Source: Octopus vulgaris (taxonomy: Eukaryota). From it: a stretch of 64,000 nt of DNA. The position numbers were made by a program, and so were the translations under genes. The stretch lies in NCBI GenBank assembly GCA_951406725.2, contig OX597834.1:21886001-21950000 (forward strand), given 5' to 3'. A model generated the notes under the pieces. The model had not been told where the DNA came from. It ran no database searches and was given only the letters and a program-made list of their open reading frames with translations. Shown one piece after another: positions 13,713 to 25,834 of the stretch (position 1 is the first letter of the stretch; every line of letters begins with the position of its first letter).

Positions 13713-13925
13713 TTCCCTTCCGGTCATTCAAAATGTGACCGCATGTGTACCGTTGGCGATTTTTTTCCCTCCGTCTTCCCTTCTTTGGATCTTTCCTTTT
13801 CCTATGTTTCTGACGAAGAGCTTCGCTCGAAATGTTAAACCCTCCTTCTTTCCTTTTTGCCTGAGCGTCCAATAATACTATACTTGTTCCACGTCCTCGT
13901 GTTGTGTTTTCATGTTTGGATTAAC
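13713..13925 (+). mobile_element. Short hammerhead-bearing element (Penelope-like terminal-repeat remnant), family H1 copy 1
   Basis: About 190 bp are shared with 35388-35593. It is flanked by TG/TA microsatellites and contains a hammerhead fold. Confidence 0.7.
13806..13840 (+). ncRNA. Minimal type I hammerhead ribozyme motif
   Basis: GTTT-CTGACGA-A-GAGC(TTC)GCTC-GAA-ATGT-T-AAAC. Stem I GTTT/AAAC, intact CUGANGA and GAAA, stem II GAGC/GCTC. Helix III reads ATGT where the sister copy has palindromic ACGT. Confidence 0.7.
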
Positions 13926-15068
13926 TATATATATATGATATTTAGAGGGAGTTATAATCTAAGCTCTGTCCTCATGAAGCAGATTTGCATTTCTACATTT
14001 ATCCATTGTATGTATACAGATGTTTTATTTTGAATGTGCTATCCATAACACTTGAAATTTTTGGTGAATTCAGTTTGCAGAATAATTATGTTTCCAAACA
14101 AAAAGACTGAAAAAATTTGGTATATCATATTTTCTCAAACTTCCGTTTTGAAATATATATATATAGGACTTCATACAATACAAAATGGATCAAGAAATGA
14201 ATGGCAGTGAGACATCTGGATATCACTGGATTTAAGTGAGAAAAACTTGGACAACACTTTTGGTCACTCTCTCAGTTGCCATAGTAGGTTCCAGTGAGAA
14301 GCGTTGCAAAATGATCGGTCACTGTTTTTGACTAAGTTTTATGTCACAGTATCTTTCTCTTTAAAGAGCTGCCTTCCCCATGGACTTGTCAAAAATAACA
14401 GCAGCTTCTCTCTCTTTCTCTCTCTGGAAAATTATCATCATCATTTAACAATTGCTTTCCATACTGGCTTGGGTTAGATGGTTTGACAGGAGCTGGCAAG
14501 TCAGAGAGCTGTACCAGGCTCCATTTAACCATTTTGGCACAGTTTCTGTGGCTGGATGCCTTTCCTAATGCCACTCACTTTACAGAGTGTACTGGGTGCT
14601 TTTTATGTGGCACCAGCATGGCTGCTTTTCACGTATGTGTGTATGTATATATATATATAAATGTGTGTGTGTGTGCGTGTGTAATGTTATTTTGATTAGA
14701 TCAACATTACAATGTTTCTTTAACTTTTTTATCAAATATTTGGCTCTCAGCCCAATATATTATGCTACAATCATTTGGGGGAAAAAAAAATATAAATTTG
14801 TCTGTCTCGCAAAAACTAAAATCTTTTGTTTTTCTTAATCTTTTTGTCTGATTAGATTTTCTTTTACTTCTTTATCTAAAACTGATACCAATATTCAATA
14901 TTCGCCTCCATCCTCCACAAATAAACCAACACTTGTATTTATATTTATTCTATCATTTACATTTTATTAATTTTAGATATCTTTACTAGAAGCACAATGA
15001 GTTGCGGTCGAAACTTAACTTCTTTTTTTGTCTTTTCTGCTAGTGGGGTTAGTTGGAAGGGTGGTACT

Positions 15069-15230
15069 AGGCGCTGGAGTGAATGTATGGTAAGAAGTTC
15101 GCTTCCCAAACACGTGGTTCCAGGTTCAGTCCCAGTGCGTGGCACCTTGGGCAAATGTCTTTTATTATAACCTCGAGCAGACCGAAGCCTCGTGAGTGGA
15201 TTTGATAGATGGAAACTGAAAGAAACTTGT
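15069..15230 (+). mobile_element. SINE family A, 5' half
   Basis: aggcgctggagtgaatgtatggtaagaagttcgcttcccaa...ggttcagtccc...ggaaactgaaagaa. Confidence 0.75.
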
Positions 15231-16201
15231 ATATGTGTGTCTTTGTGTCGCATTTTAAACTTGAGAAAATCCTTACATATTTTTACTTAGAGTATTTGTT
15301 AGTTAGGGGATTGGTTTCTCTTTCTGAAAACCTTATTCTCACTTCGGCATTTATTCACGAAACCCAAGTGCACCACTTCACTATCGGTATAAACGTAAAT
15401 TTGTAATCCAGATGTCTTGCAAACAACTTGCACATGCAAGTGCTACCAGTCAAAAGCTCCGTATACCGGAAGCCAGCAAGTGTATGGGGTCATCAGGAGA
15501 GAATGCACGCCGTTTCAGGGCCTACCTCTCGACGGCATCAATGCGCACCGGCCCCCCACCTCACTGATATGAGGCCCTGCTTGCTAGTTCAGCTGGTTAT
15601 GAAGTTAAACTCAATATCCTTCTAGCCATCGCTCATCGTCTCTTTTTAACCAAATCCAGTGGCTAGCCTTCTCCACTGTAGATTGGATATCAGTCATGGA
15701 TGGTATTGACTTTACGATGAGTTAGGCCTAGCGATAACAACAGTCATCTTACACTGTGTCCAACGAACCCTCTACATCCGACTTCGATTGGAAAATGTTC
15801 TGCTTTCCATCTTGCGTCTTCACATTCCTCGAGGAGGTTTACAGAATCTGGAGGGCGTGAAGCAGTTGGCCATGGTTATCCTCCTCCTCTTTGATTTTCA
15901 AAGAGATATTCACATCAACAGGGCAGCTTCTCTGCTACAGCATCCTAGCTTTCTTTTGTTATACTTTTTTTATTCTTTTACTTGTTTCAGTCATTTGACT
16001 GCGGCCATGCTGGAGCACCACCTTAGAGGGTTTCTTAGTCGAAGAAACCGACCACCTAGAACTTATTCTATCAGACTCTTTAGCTGGACTGCTAGGTTAC
16101 AGGGACATAAATACACCAACATAAGTTATCAAGCGATGGTGGAGGGATAAACACGACACAAAGACACACACATAAATATATATGTATATATATATATATA
16201 T

Positions 16202-16287
16202 GTGGCTGAAGATTGCTCGACATTTTAAAACTGATGTAATACTTACAGTGTTTAATAAAATGAAGTAGCATGAAACAATTGTACTAC
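16202..16287 (+). ncRNA. Hammerhead-like motif with long stem II loop, in a ~200-bp insert within (TA)n
   Basis: GTGG-CTGAAGA-T-TGCT[~49 nt]AGCA-T-GAA-ACAATTGT-A-CTAC. Helix III is the palindrome ACAATTGT, the cleavage triplet is GUA, and stem I is GTGG/CTAC. Confidence 0.55.
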
Positions 16288-16479
16288 TCTACCTTGGATA
16301 TCCTTGTTGCTTATTTTGATTATAATCACCCCATTTGATTTATATGGGATAATACCATACAAAATTCTGGTGCCCTTAACTTAAATTTTGCTGAATTTAT
16401 ATATATATATATGATGAGCTTCTTTCAGTTTCTATTTACCAAATCCACTCACAAGGCTGGTTGGTATGAGGCTATAGTA

Positions 16480-16725
16480 TTGGGTTGGTACATAATTATT
16501 GCGGATTTTTTTCAACAAATTTTATTCAACAAAAACAACGATATTTTACAAAAACATATTTAAATGATGGTCTGACGGTCTGCCAAGCAAACGGGAACCA
16601 GTAATTTAAGTAGATGGTGTATATGCTCCAGAATAATCATTTAAAGATGTTTTCGTTTCATGTTATTGTTTTTGTTGAATAAAATTTATTGATAAAAAAG
16701 CCGTAATAATTATGCACCAACCCAA
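16480..16725. mobile_element. Tc1/mariner-type MITE (246 bp) with TA target-site duplication
   Basis: ~60-bp imperfect TIRs TTGGGTTGGT(A/G)CATAATTATT(G/A)CGG... TA at 16478-16479 and 16726-16727. It splits the SINE motif ctatagTAgaagacac. The termini resemble mariner TTAGGTTGGTGCA ends. Confidence 0.9.
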
Positions 16726-16974
16726 TAGAAGACACTTGCCCAAGATGCCACATGGTGGGATTGAACCCAGAACCATGTGGCTGGGAAGCAAGCTTCTTAC
16801 CACACTGCCATGCATTTTTGCAAAATACTTTTTATTTATTTATGTTTCCGCTCAGTTTATGATTTAATTCAATTACATGAACTGGGAACGTTCAAGATGT
16901 TTTTTTTAAAATTACACAACCACCAAGGTTACGCAATTGTCTAAGTATGCAAGCAAAGCAGTGACTTCTTCTTC

Positions 16975-17026
<52 letters not shown>

Positions 17027-17557
17027 CATTATTATTAATATTATTATTATTATTATTATTTCTTTGTGGCAAGTCAAATATTGTAATATGACTGAACTAC
17101 CAATTATACACATAACGTAACGTAACATAGCATAATATAATATAATACAATATAAACAATATGAATAAGAACCAAGGAAATATTTGCCAAACCCCCTTTT
17201 TCCTCCCCCCCCTCCACTTCTTTTAAAAAGGAAGAAAAAAGAGGAAACGCCAACCTTTTCTTGATACCATAAGATGCAACAATATGTTACAGTGATCTTT
17301 GTTTTTCGGCACAGCTTGTTCAGTAAAAGATAGAATGCAGGGGTGGAGGGGAGAGAATCTGAGCAGGGGGGTGGGAGAGTTGGGAGGTTTTTTTTTGTTT
17401 TGTTTTTGTTTTGAGAATTCATATTTTTTTTAATCATTTGTTTTTGCTTCTGATTGTTTTTTGTGTTTTTTTTTCCTGTTGCTTTCTTCTGTATATTCGA
17501 GTAGAATGCTTAAGAATGCAATCTGTACATATGTGTGTAGGTAATATATACACCCGC

Positions 17558-17558
17558 A

Positions 17559-17604
<46 letters not shown>

Positions 17605-17742
17605 CATATATGTATGCATATATATATGCATATATATATATATGTATGCATATATATATGTATATATATGTATGCATATATATATGCATATATATATATG
17701 TATGCATATATATATGCATATATATGTGTATATATGTATGTA

Positions 17743-17791
<49 letters not shown>

Positions 17792-17958
17792 ATATGTATA
17801 TATATGTATGTATATATATATGCATATATGTATATATATGTATATATATGTATATGTGTGTGCATATATGTATGTGTATATATATATATATGTATATATA
17901 TTTATATATGTGTATATATATATATTTATATATATATATATATATATATATGTATGCA

Positions 17959-18008
<50 letters not shown>

Positions 18009-18078
18009 TGTATATATATGTATATATGTATATATATATATATATATATGTATGCATATATGTATATATATGTATATA

Positions 18079-18128
<50 letters not shown>

Positions 18129-18205
18129 GGTATGCATATATATATATATATATATATACATATATATGCATACATACATCCATATGTGCATACATATATG
18201 CATGC
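17558..18205. repeat. ~650-bp compound (TA)n / ATGTAT / ATGCAT microsatellite
   Basis: Almost uninterrupted alternating purine-pyrimidine sequence; the source of several spurious IYIY ORFs. Confidence 0.95.
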
Positions 18206-18482
18206 ACATTGTGGTTCATCTTGCTTAGAATATACGAAACAAGGTTAAAAGCTTATTTGTTCTTTTGTGAGTTCTTGGAAGAAAAAACAAATAAATCCTT
18301 AAATAAATAAAGCAAATCAGCAAAGTTACCAAAAAAACCCCACCACAAACGACCCCAAGAGATCCAACTTCTATATTATAATATTGTACACTCAAATGAA
18401 TTTTCCATGAGTAAGCTGTTTTTATGTTGGTGCATTTTCTTTGGTTAAGCAGTAAAACACTTTCAAAACATCATCATCATCA

Positions 18483-18528
<46 letters not shown>

Positions 18529-18595
18529 CATCAACTTTTTCTCTTCCCAATTTAACTCAGTGTAAGTTAAGTTTGCCTGCAATGCAACATGTGTT

Positions 18596-18639
<44 letters not shown>

Positions 18640-19174
18640 GCTTACATGCATACATACATACATATATTTCATATCGAGAGAGGAGGAGGAGTGAGAGAGA
18701 GTGCCAAGACCTTGGCACTTATGATATATAATACAGTATATACTTCCCTTTTCTGAGAATGGAATGGAAAGAGGGTAAGGAACTGGGATGGGGGGAATTC
18801 TTGTTTCATTGCTGCAAACTTATTTTCATGTAAATGTTAATAGAAAGTTAATCCAGAGCCCCTCCGCCGCAGCTTTTACACACAGGCACACAAGCACACA
18901 TGTACATACACACATACACACACACACACGCTGTCGCTGTATCCACATCTATTGCTCTCACTACTAGCGTAGGAAGAAGAGACGAAAAAAAAACTGAAAA
19001 GAAAGAAGGAAGTAATTTTAAAACTTGTCCAAGATATACATAGACATGTATTGAACTGACAGTAACCAATAATTTATAGGTTTGATTTTGACCAAACATA
19101 TTAAAATCTTCCAATAATACCAAATGATGACACACTCAGACATATACAGACATATATATATATGTATGTATGTA

Positions 19175-19221
<47 letters not shown>

Positions 19222-19259
19222 TTATGAGTGTTTGTCTGTGTCTGTGTAATCTTTGAAAC

Positions 19260-19310
<51 letters not shown>

Positions 19311-19486
19311 CATGTGTATGTATGTACGTTTGGGTGTGTGTGCGTGTGAGTATGAACTGTTATGTATGTGTGTGTGTTTGTGTATGTGCTTGTGTATGTT
19401 TGTGTCTGGGTATGTGCCTGTATGTGTGTGTATATATATATATATATATATTTATGAGTGTTTGTCCGTGTCTGTGTAATCTTTGA

Positions 19487-19535
<49 letters not shown>

Positions 19536-19570
19536 ATGCATTATATATAAATATCTGTATATATGTATAT

Positions 19571-20390
19571 TGACAAATCACAAACACCTTCAGGTAGATG
19601 GCCCTGCTCGATCTGTAGAAAAGGTGTAGGTAGAAACTCTATAAGATGCACCAAGTGTAAGCTATGGACACATAAGAGATGCAGCAATGTCAAAGGAAGG
19701 CTAACTAGGAAGATGGTTTTTGTATGTGGCAGATGCTCAGGAACAATAAACACTGAAAATGCTCTGAGACCAACTTCTGTCACTTTCCAGGGAGAAAAAC
19801 TAGAAATAGTTGATAGTTTCCGTTACCTAGGTGACCAAGTCAGCAGCGGGGGCGGGTGTGCTGAAAGTGTAACTGCTAGAGTAAGAATAGCTTGGGCAAA
19901 GTTCAGAGAGCTCTTACCTCTGCTGGTGACAAAAGGCCTCTCGCACAGAGTGAAAGGCAGACTGTATGATGCGTGTGTACGAACAGCCATGCTACATGGC
20001 AGTGAAACATGGGCCGTGACTGCTGAGGATATGCGTAAGCTCGCAAGAAATGAAGCCAGTATGCTCCGATGGATGTGTAATGTCAGTACTCACACTCGGC
20101 AGAGTGTAAGTACCTTGAGAGAAAAGCTGGACCTAAGAAGCATCAGTTGTGGTGTGCAAGAGAGACGTTTGCGCTGGTATGGTCATGTGGTGAGAATGGA
20201 TGAAGATAGTTGTGTGAAAAAGTGCCACGCCCTAGCGGTTGAGGGAACCTGTGGAAGAGGCAGACCCAGGAAAACCTGGGACGAGGTGGTGAAGCACGAC
20301 CTTCGAACTTTAGGTCTCACTGAGGAAATGACTAGAGACCGAGACCTCTGGAAGTGTGCTGTGCGCGAGAAGACCCGGCAGGACAAGTGA
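19571..20390 (+). pseudogene. RT C-terminal region with Cys4-His-Cys3 (PHD-like) finger; the ATG at 19563 lies in flanking microsatellite and is not a genuine start
   Basis: CSIC...CTKC...HKRC...CGRC at 19605-19736 lies just upstream of the RT YLG motif. Confidence 0.85.
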
Positions 20391-21002
20391 GTCCACAACC
20401 CGTGGCCTTCTACATGGGATGGAGCCAGCCTACGTATGCATACCTTCCCTTCTTGGGACACAAAACTCTACTTGTGAAGACGTGTTGAGGCAAGTGAGGA
20501 TCAGAATCGAAATCGATCAATGGAAATTGCGGATGTGCTACCAGTGCCGGTGGCATGTCGAAACTCTGCTTGTGAAGACCCATTGAGGCAAGTGAGGATC
20601 AGAATCGAAATCGATCAATGGAAATCGATCAATGGAAATTGCAGATGTGTTACCAGTGCCGGTGGCATGTAAGAGAACTTTCCGTTTCGCGACCGTTGCC
20701 AGCACCGCCCCGTTTCGTGTCCGTTGCCAGCCTCGCCTGGCCCTCGTGCCGGTGGCACATAAAAAGCACCATCCGTTCGTGGCCGTTTGCCAGCTCTGTC
20801 TGGCACCAGTGCGGGTGGCACGTAAAAAGCACCCACTACACTCACGGAGTGGTTGGCGTTAGGAAGGGCATCCAGCCGTAGAAACACTGCCAGATTTGAC
20901 TGGGCCTGATGAAGCCTTCTGGCTTCACAGACCCCAGCAGAACCGTCCAACCCATGCTAGCATGGAAAACGGACGCTAAATGATGATGATGATGATGATG
21001 AT
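19571..21002 (+). mobile_element. 5'-truncated RTE-clade LINE: ORF C-terminus, 3' UTR and (GAT)n tail
   Basis: Stop-free frame to TGA at 20388-20390 with LEIVDSFRYLG, AWAKFREL, MLHGSETW, RRLRWYGHVVRM, RGRPRKTW and DRDLWK motifs. The UTR has internal duplications and ends cccatgctagcatggaaaacggacgctaaa(tga)n. Confidence 0.92.
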
Positions 21003-21757
21003 ATTTCATATGTATCATATATAAGTATATATGTATGGGTATATGTACTACTTATATATATATGTGTCTATGTGTAGGTGTGTATACATTTGTATGCGTA
21101 TATTTATATATATTTGCATGTATGGGTATGAGATACTTATATATAATTTATCTTCATCTGTGAATGAATTATATGTGTGTGTATATATATACATGTGTGT
21201 ATATGTGTGTAATCTATATACATGTGTGTGTGTATGCAGTAATAAGATCGGGATTATTTAGTATCAGATGTTATTTTCATAGCAAAACATATCATCCTTA
21301 AACTCAGAAAAACTTGTTTTCATTTTCTCCAGAAAAACTCAAGAAAATCAAAACAAAAGAACAAAAACTTCCTCTGATTTTTGGAAAATTCAAAGATTAA
21401 ATATGAACGGCCTTTCTGGTTTTGACATTCTTGTACAACATTTTATAAAAATGTCTCTGAAAAATTTTATGTTTCTTTTCTCCCCCCCCCCCATTCCACC
21501 CCACCCCCATTTGGGGTTTTGGCATAAAGATTGTGAATTTATATTTCCAAGAGACACAGAGAGCCTGTGGTAGAGAATATATGTAATTCAATGAAATGAC
21601 CCAATTATTTAACTGGTACTTATTTATGTAAACAATGGAAATGGGAAGTAACGGCCTTTCCCTAATGATTTGAACTTAATGAACGAAGCAGTGAGATGAA
21701 ACTAAAAGTTGTAATACTTGACACTCAGTACTAATTCCTTTAATTATTGATCACTTG

Positions 21758-21900
21758 GAAGACTTCCAATCAGGTGGGAAGATGATTTAAGAAAGATGTT
21801 TGAACAACATGGAGGAGAATGGCGAGTGCATGAGGCGAATGGAGCAAATGTTGTGGTCAGTGGAACTGACTTGGCACCAGACAGCCTGGCTGATCCAGGC
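21758..21900 (+). mobile_element. Highly decayed RTE-like ORF end
   Basis: Reads LPIRWEDDLRKMF.., resembling the RTE RPxxRWxDDL motif; frame broken afterwards. Confidence 0.4.
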
Positions 21901-22352
21901 TATTTGACCATTTATTGATATTTATTGATTGACCTCATGGACTCTTGAGTATGCTTAAGCAGATGTTATCTAATTTGGTTATACCCATGGAAGACACCAA
22001 AGTCGGATGCCACATGGTTTTGTATTTACAATTCACCCATGTGTAGAAACATTGATATTTCCAGCTATAAAAGCAAAAAATTCCATATGACTACCCACTT
22101 TGCATCTCCCAGGGTTATCATCATCATCATCATCATCATCATAATATTCACTTTCCAGTGCTTGCTTGGGTTGTACAGAGTTTACCTGAGGTTGATTTTC
22201 TATGGCTGGGCACTCTTCCTGTTGCCAACTTTCATCTGTTTTGTTTCCAAGGTAATATTTCCCCTTGGCTAGACATGTTTTTTGCAGGATATTGGAAATG
22301 AATGACACTGCTTGTATAACAGTGACAATCATTTACAACTTACTTACTTACT

Positions 22353-22803
22353 TTACTTTTACTTGTTTCAGTCATTTGACTGTGGCCATGCTGGAGCACT
22401 GCCTTTAGTCAAGCAAATCGACCCCGGAACTTATTCTTTGTCCCTTATTTTTTGTAAGCCCAGTACTTATTCTGTCAGTCTCTTTTGCCGAACCGCTAAG
22501 TGACAGGGGACGTAAACACACCAACATGCCAAAATCAGACTGGAGTCTGGTGTAGCCCCTCAGCTTACCAGCCCTGGTCAAACCATCCAACCCATGCGAT
22601 CATGGACAACGGATGTTAAATGATGATGATGATGATGATATACGATGGGCTTCTTTCAGTTTCCATCTAATAAGTCCACTCACAAGGCTTTGGTCGGCCT
22701 GATGCTATAGTAGAAACCACCTGCCCAAGCTGCCATGCAGTGGGACTGAACCCAGAACCATGTGGTTGGAAAGCAAGCTTCTTACTACACAACCAGACCT
22801 GCA
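22353..22803 (-). mobile_element. SINE family A interrupted by a plus-strand family C tail (22526-22638)
   Basis: SINE halves flank atgccaaaatcagactggag...ccatgcgatcatggacaacggatgttaaa(tga)n. Confidence 0.8.
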
Positions 22804-23390
22804 ACTATATTTGCTTATTATTGCTTTATATCAGCAATAATTTGTGAAGAGGGGAGTTCTTAGATCAGCCTTAAAGCAATTTGGATTTAACGAACTTCTC
22901 TATGAACTCTTCTACATCTGACAAGAGGCTGTACCTCGTCTTGATGCGGTCGTGTGCTTAGCAGTAGGGGCATTTTATTAATTCCAAATATTGACATTGG
23001 TGGGTTTGTTATGTTTTTGGTTGTTTTTCTCGAAGTATCTCATGTATTTGTAAGTTGACTTTAAAGAAAAAAAATACAAATTGAAGATTAATGGTTTACG
23101 ATCACAGCATCAAAGAGATGTTGTTTCTTTAGAAATGTTGCTGTATCATACAGTGTACAGTGTGTGTGCATATGTATACATACAGACATATAAATGATGT
23201 GTGTGCATATATATGTGTGTGTGTGTGTGTGTGTGTATGCATATCTGTTTATATAAATATATGTATGTGTATATACACGTGTATATAAACATACATATAT
23301 ACACACATATATATGTATATAAACATGTATATATGCATATATGTATATAAACATATCTATGTGTATACACATACATATGCATATACACGT

Positions 23391-23435
<45 letters not shown>

Positions 23436-23528
23436 TGTGCAAACATACGTATATACACACATATATATGTATATAAACATGTATATACGCATATATGTAT
23501 ATAAACATATCTATGTATATACACATGT

Positions 23529-23561
<33 letters not shown>

Positions 23562-24056
23562 TATATATGTGCATGCATGCACATACATTTACAACATGCA
23601 TAGACACACACACACATATATATATATACACATATATGTGCACACATGCACACACATACACACACACACACTCTTACGTGTGTCTGTATGTGTTTGAGTG
23701 TTACTGAACCTGGCGATTGAACTATTTTATTTAACAAACGATGCTTAGCGCAGAAGCTATTCCATATCTCAACGAAATACATTTTCTTAGGAATTCATTG
23801 ATCGAATGAATTATTGATTTTATTGTATACACAATATATAATCTATTGGGTTGTTTTTGTTTTTTTTATTCTCATCTTTGTTATTCTCTCAGTAATCATA
23901 ATTTTATTGCGTGCTTTTGCTCCACTACCAAGCAAAGCTCTGCAATCCTTGCAAACAAGAAATGTCTTGTTTTTGCTTCTCTTTTGTATTGATGGTACTC
24001 TTTATAATGGGTCTGTGCAGATCTTAGTTCAACTAATGTCCCTGTCTTACATATAT

Positions 24057-24457
24057 ACTCTTTTACTCTTTTACTTGTTTCAGTCATTTGACTGCGGCCA
24101 TGCTGGAGCACTGCCTTTAGTCAAGCAACTCGACCTCGGGACTTATTCTTTGTAAGCCCAGTACTTATTCTATTGGTCTCTTTTGCCGAACCACTAAGTG
24201 ACATAAACACACCAGCATCGGTTGTCAAGCAATGCTAGGAGGACAAACACTGACACACAAACATACATACACATATATATATATACATATATACGACGGG
24301 CTTCTTTCAGTTTCCGTCTACCAAATCCACTCACAAGGCTTTGGTCGGCCCGAGGCTATAGTAGAAGACACTTGCCCAAGGTGCCACGCAGTGGGACTGA
24401 ACCCAGAACCATGTGGTTGGTAAACAAGCTACTTACCACACAGCCACTCCTGCGCCT
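24057..24457 (-). mobile_element. SINE family A, full length
   Basis: Complete reverse-complement copy ending cagccactcctgcgcct. Confidence 0.92.
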
Positions 24458-24764
24458 ATATATATATTTATTTGAAAGTCCTGCAATTTTGGTTGTGTGT
24501 TTTTCTACTCTGATTGTATGTTTTTAATAATTTTCAAAGCAAGTATGATTAAGATTTTTCTTATTGTCAGTCTCCACATTCTGGTTATCTCTATTTCCAG
24601 ATCTTTTCAATTTAATGATATCTCCGTTTATTTTCCTGTATGAGAAGGACTGACTCATAGTTGTGTTCATGTATTTCGTATACTATGTATATTCTTATGC
24701 CATTCCTCCTCCTCTTCTCTTTTTTCTTCTCATCGTCTTTTATATTAAACCCCACATAAAATGT

Positions 24765-25042
24765 AGGCGCAGGAGTGGCTGTGTGGTAAGTAGCTTGCTT
24801 ACCAACCAAATGGTTCCGGGTTCATTCCCACTGCGTGGCACCTTGGGCAAGTGTCTTCTACTATAGCCTCAGGCCAACCAAAAGCCTTGTGAGTGGATTT
24901 GGTAGACGGAAACTGAAAGAAGCCCGTCATATATATGTATGTGTGTATATGTTTGTGTGTCTGTGTTTGTCCCCCACCATTGCTTGACAACCGATGCTGG
25001 TGTGTTTACGTCCCCGTAACTTAGTGGTTCAGCAAAAGAGAC
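24765..25042 (+). mobile_element. SINE family A, 3'-truncated
   Basis: aggcgcaggagtggctgtgtgg...ttcagcaaaagagac. Confidence 0.9.
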
Positions 25043-25045
25043 TTC

Positions 25046-25374
25046 TAGTCAAGCAAATCGACCCCAGGACTTATTCTTTGTAAACCTAGTACTTATTCTA
25101 TCGGTCTCTTTTGCCAAACCACTAAGTTATGGGGACGTAAACACACCAGCATCAGTTGTCAAGTGATGTTGGGAGGGACAAACACACACGCACACACACA
25201 CATATATATATACATATATACGATGGGCCTCTTTCAGTTTCCATCTACCAAATCCACTCACAAGGCTTTGGTAGGCCCGAGGCTATAGTAGAAGACACTC
25301 GCCCAAGGTGCCACGCAGTGGAACTGAACCCGGAACCATGTGGTTCGTAAGCAAGCTACTTACCACACAGCCAC
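25046..25374 (-). mobile_element. SINE family A, abutting the previous copy tail-to-tail
   Basis: tagtcaagcaaatcgaccccagg...gctacttaccacacagccac. Confidence 0.9.
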
Positions 25375-25379
25375 CTTAA

Positions 25380-25834
25380 TAAAAACTTTGCATTAAAATT
25401 TCCTTTCAATTTATGTTCTGAATACTAGTTTAACTATGACAATGTTGTTTTACTAAATTCGTCAATTATTTTCAAAAATTAACAGAAACATAGTGTATTT
25501 CTGTAAAAATATAGTAAATAATATGGTTCAGCAAGACCTAGGAACAATATAAACAACAACAACAACAATATTTATCACAGCTCTATTTCCAATTTAAATT
25601 TATCTGACTAACCATTTTGATATTTTCCGGCCTAAAACTGCCTCTGGTTATATGATACAGACTTCCAGTTTTAAACTGATCCAAATTGTAAAACCTCCCA
25701 TCAAATTTTCATTTTATCTTCCAAAAACCCAGCTTAATAATGACCAAGTTATTTTTGTTAATTCTCCATTATTTCCAAAATTTATGGAAAAGCAGGCTGT
25801 ATTTCAAGAGAAATATTTCTAACAAAAAAGTTAA
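25380..25834 (-). mobile_element. Two decayed copies of the TTAA-type MITE seen at 59667-59882
   Basis: caatttatgttc...agtt(t)aa..atgac.a.gtt.ttttactaaattc matches the reverse complement of ~59730-59785. The second copy ends taacaaaaaagttaa. Confidence 0.5.

Larger units (their letters stand above)
15968..16812 (-). mobile_element. SINE family A copy hosting two nested insertions
   Basis: SINE segments 15968-16170, 16412-16479 and 16726-16812 are collinear once the 16201-16398 and 16480-16725 inserts are removed. Confidence 0.85.

Noticed and set aside
17411-18310. 299-aa ORF and the many other IYIY/CVCV/HTHT/SLSL/poly-I,L,Y ORFs
   Set aside because: Translations of microsatellites that lack stop codons; no coding signal.
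19221-19490. 40-bp duplication (19221-19260 and 19451-19490), and similar small duplications near 48024 and 50415
   Set aside because: Real, but ordinary slippage products of the type common in microsatellite-rich DNA.
22915-22946. Hammerhead-like CAT-CTGACAA-GAGG(CTGTA)CCTC-G..ATG
   Set aside because: The core is altered and GAAA and helix III are absent; too degenerate to call without a family consensus.
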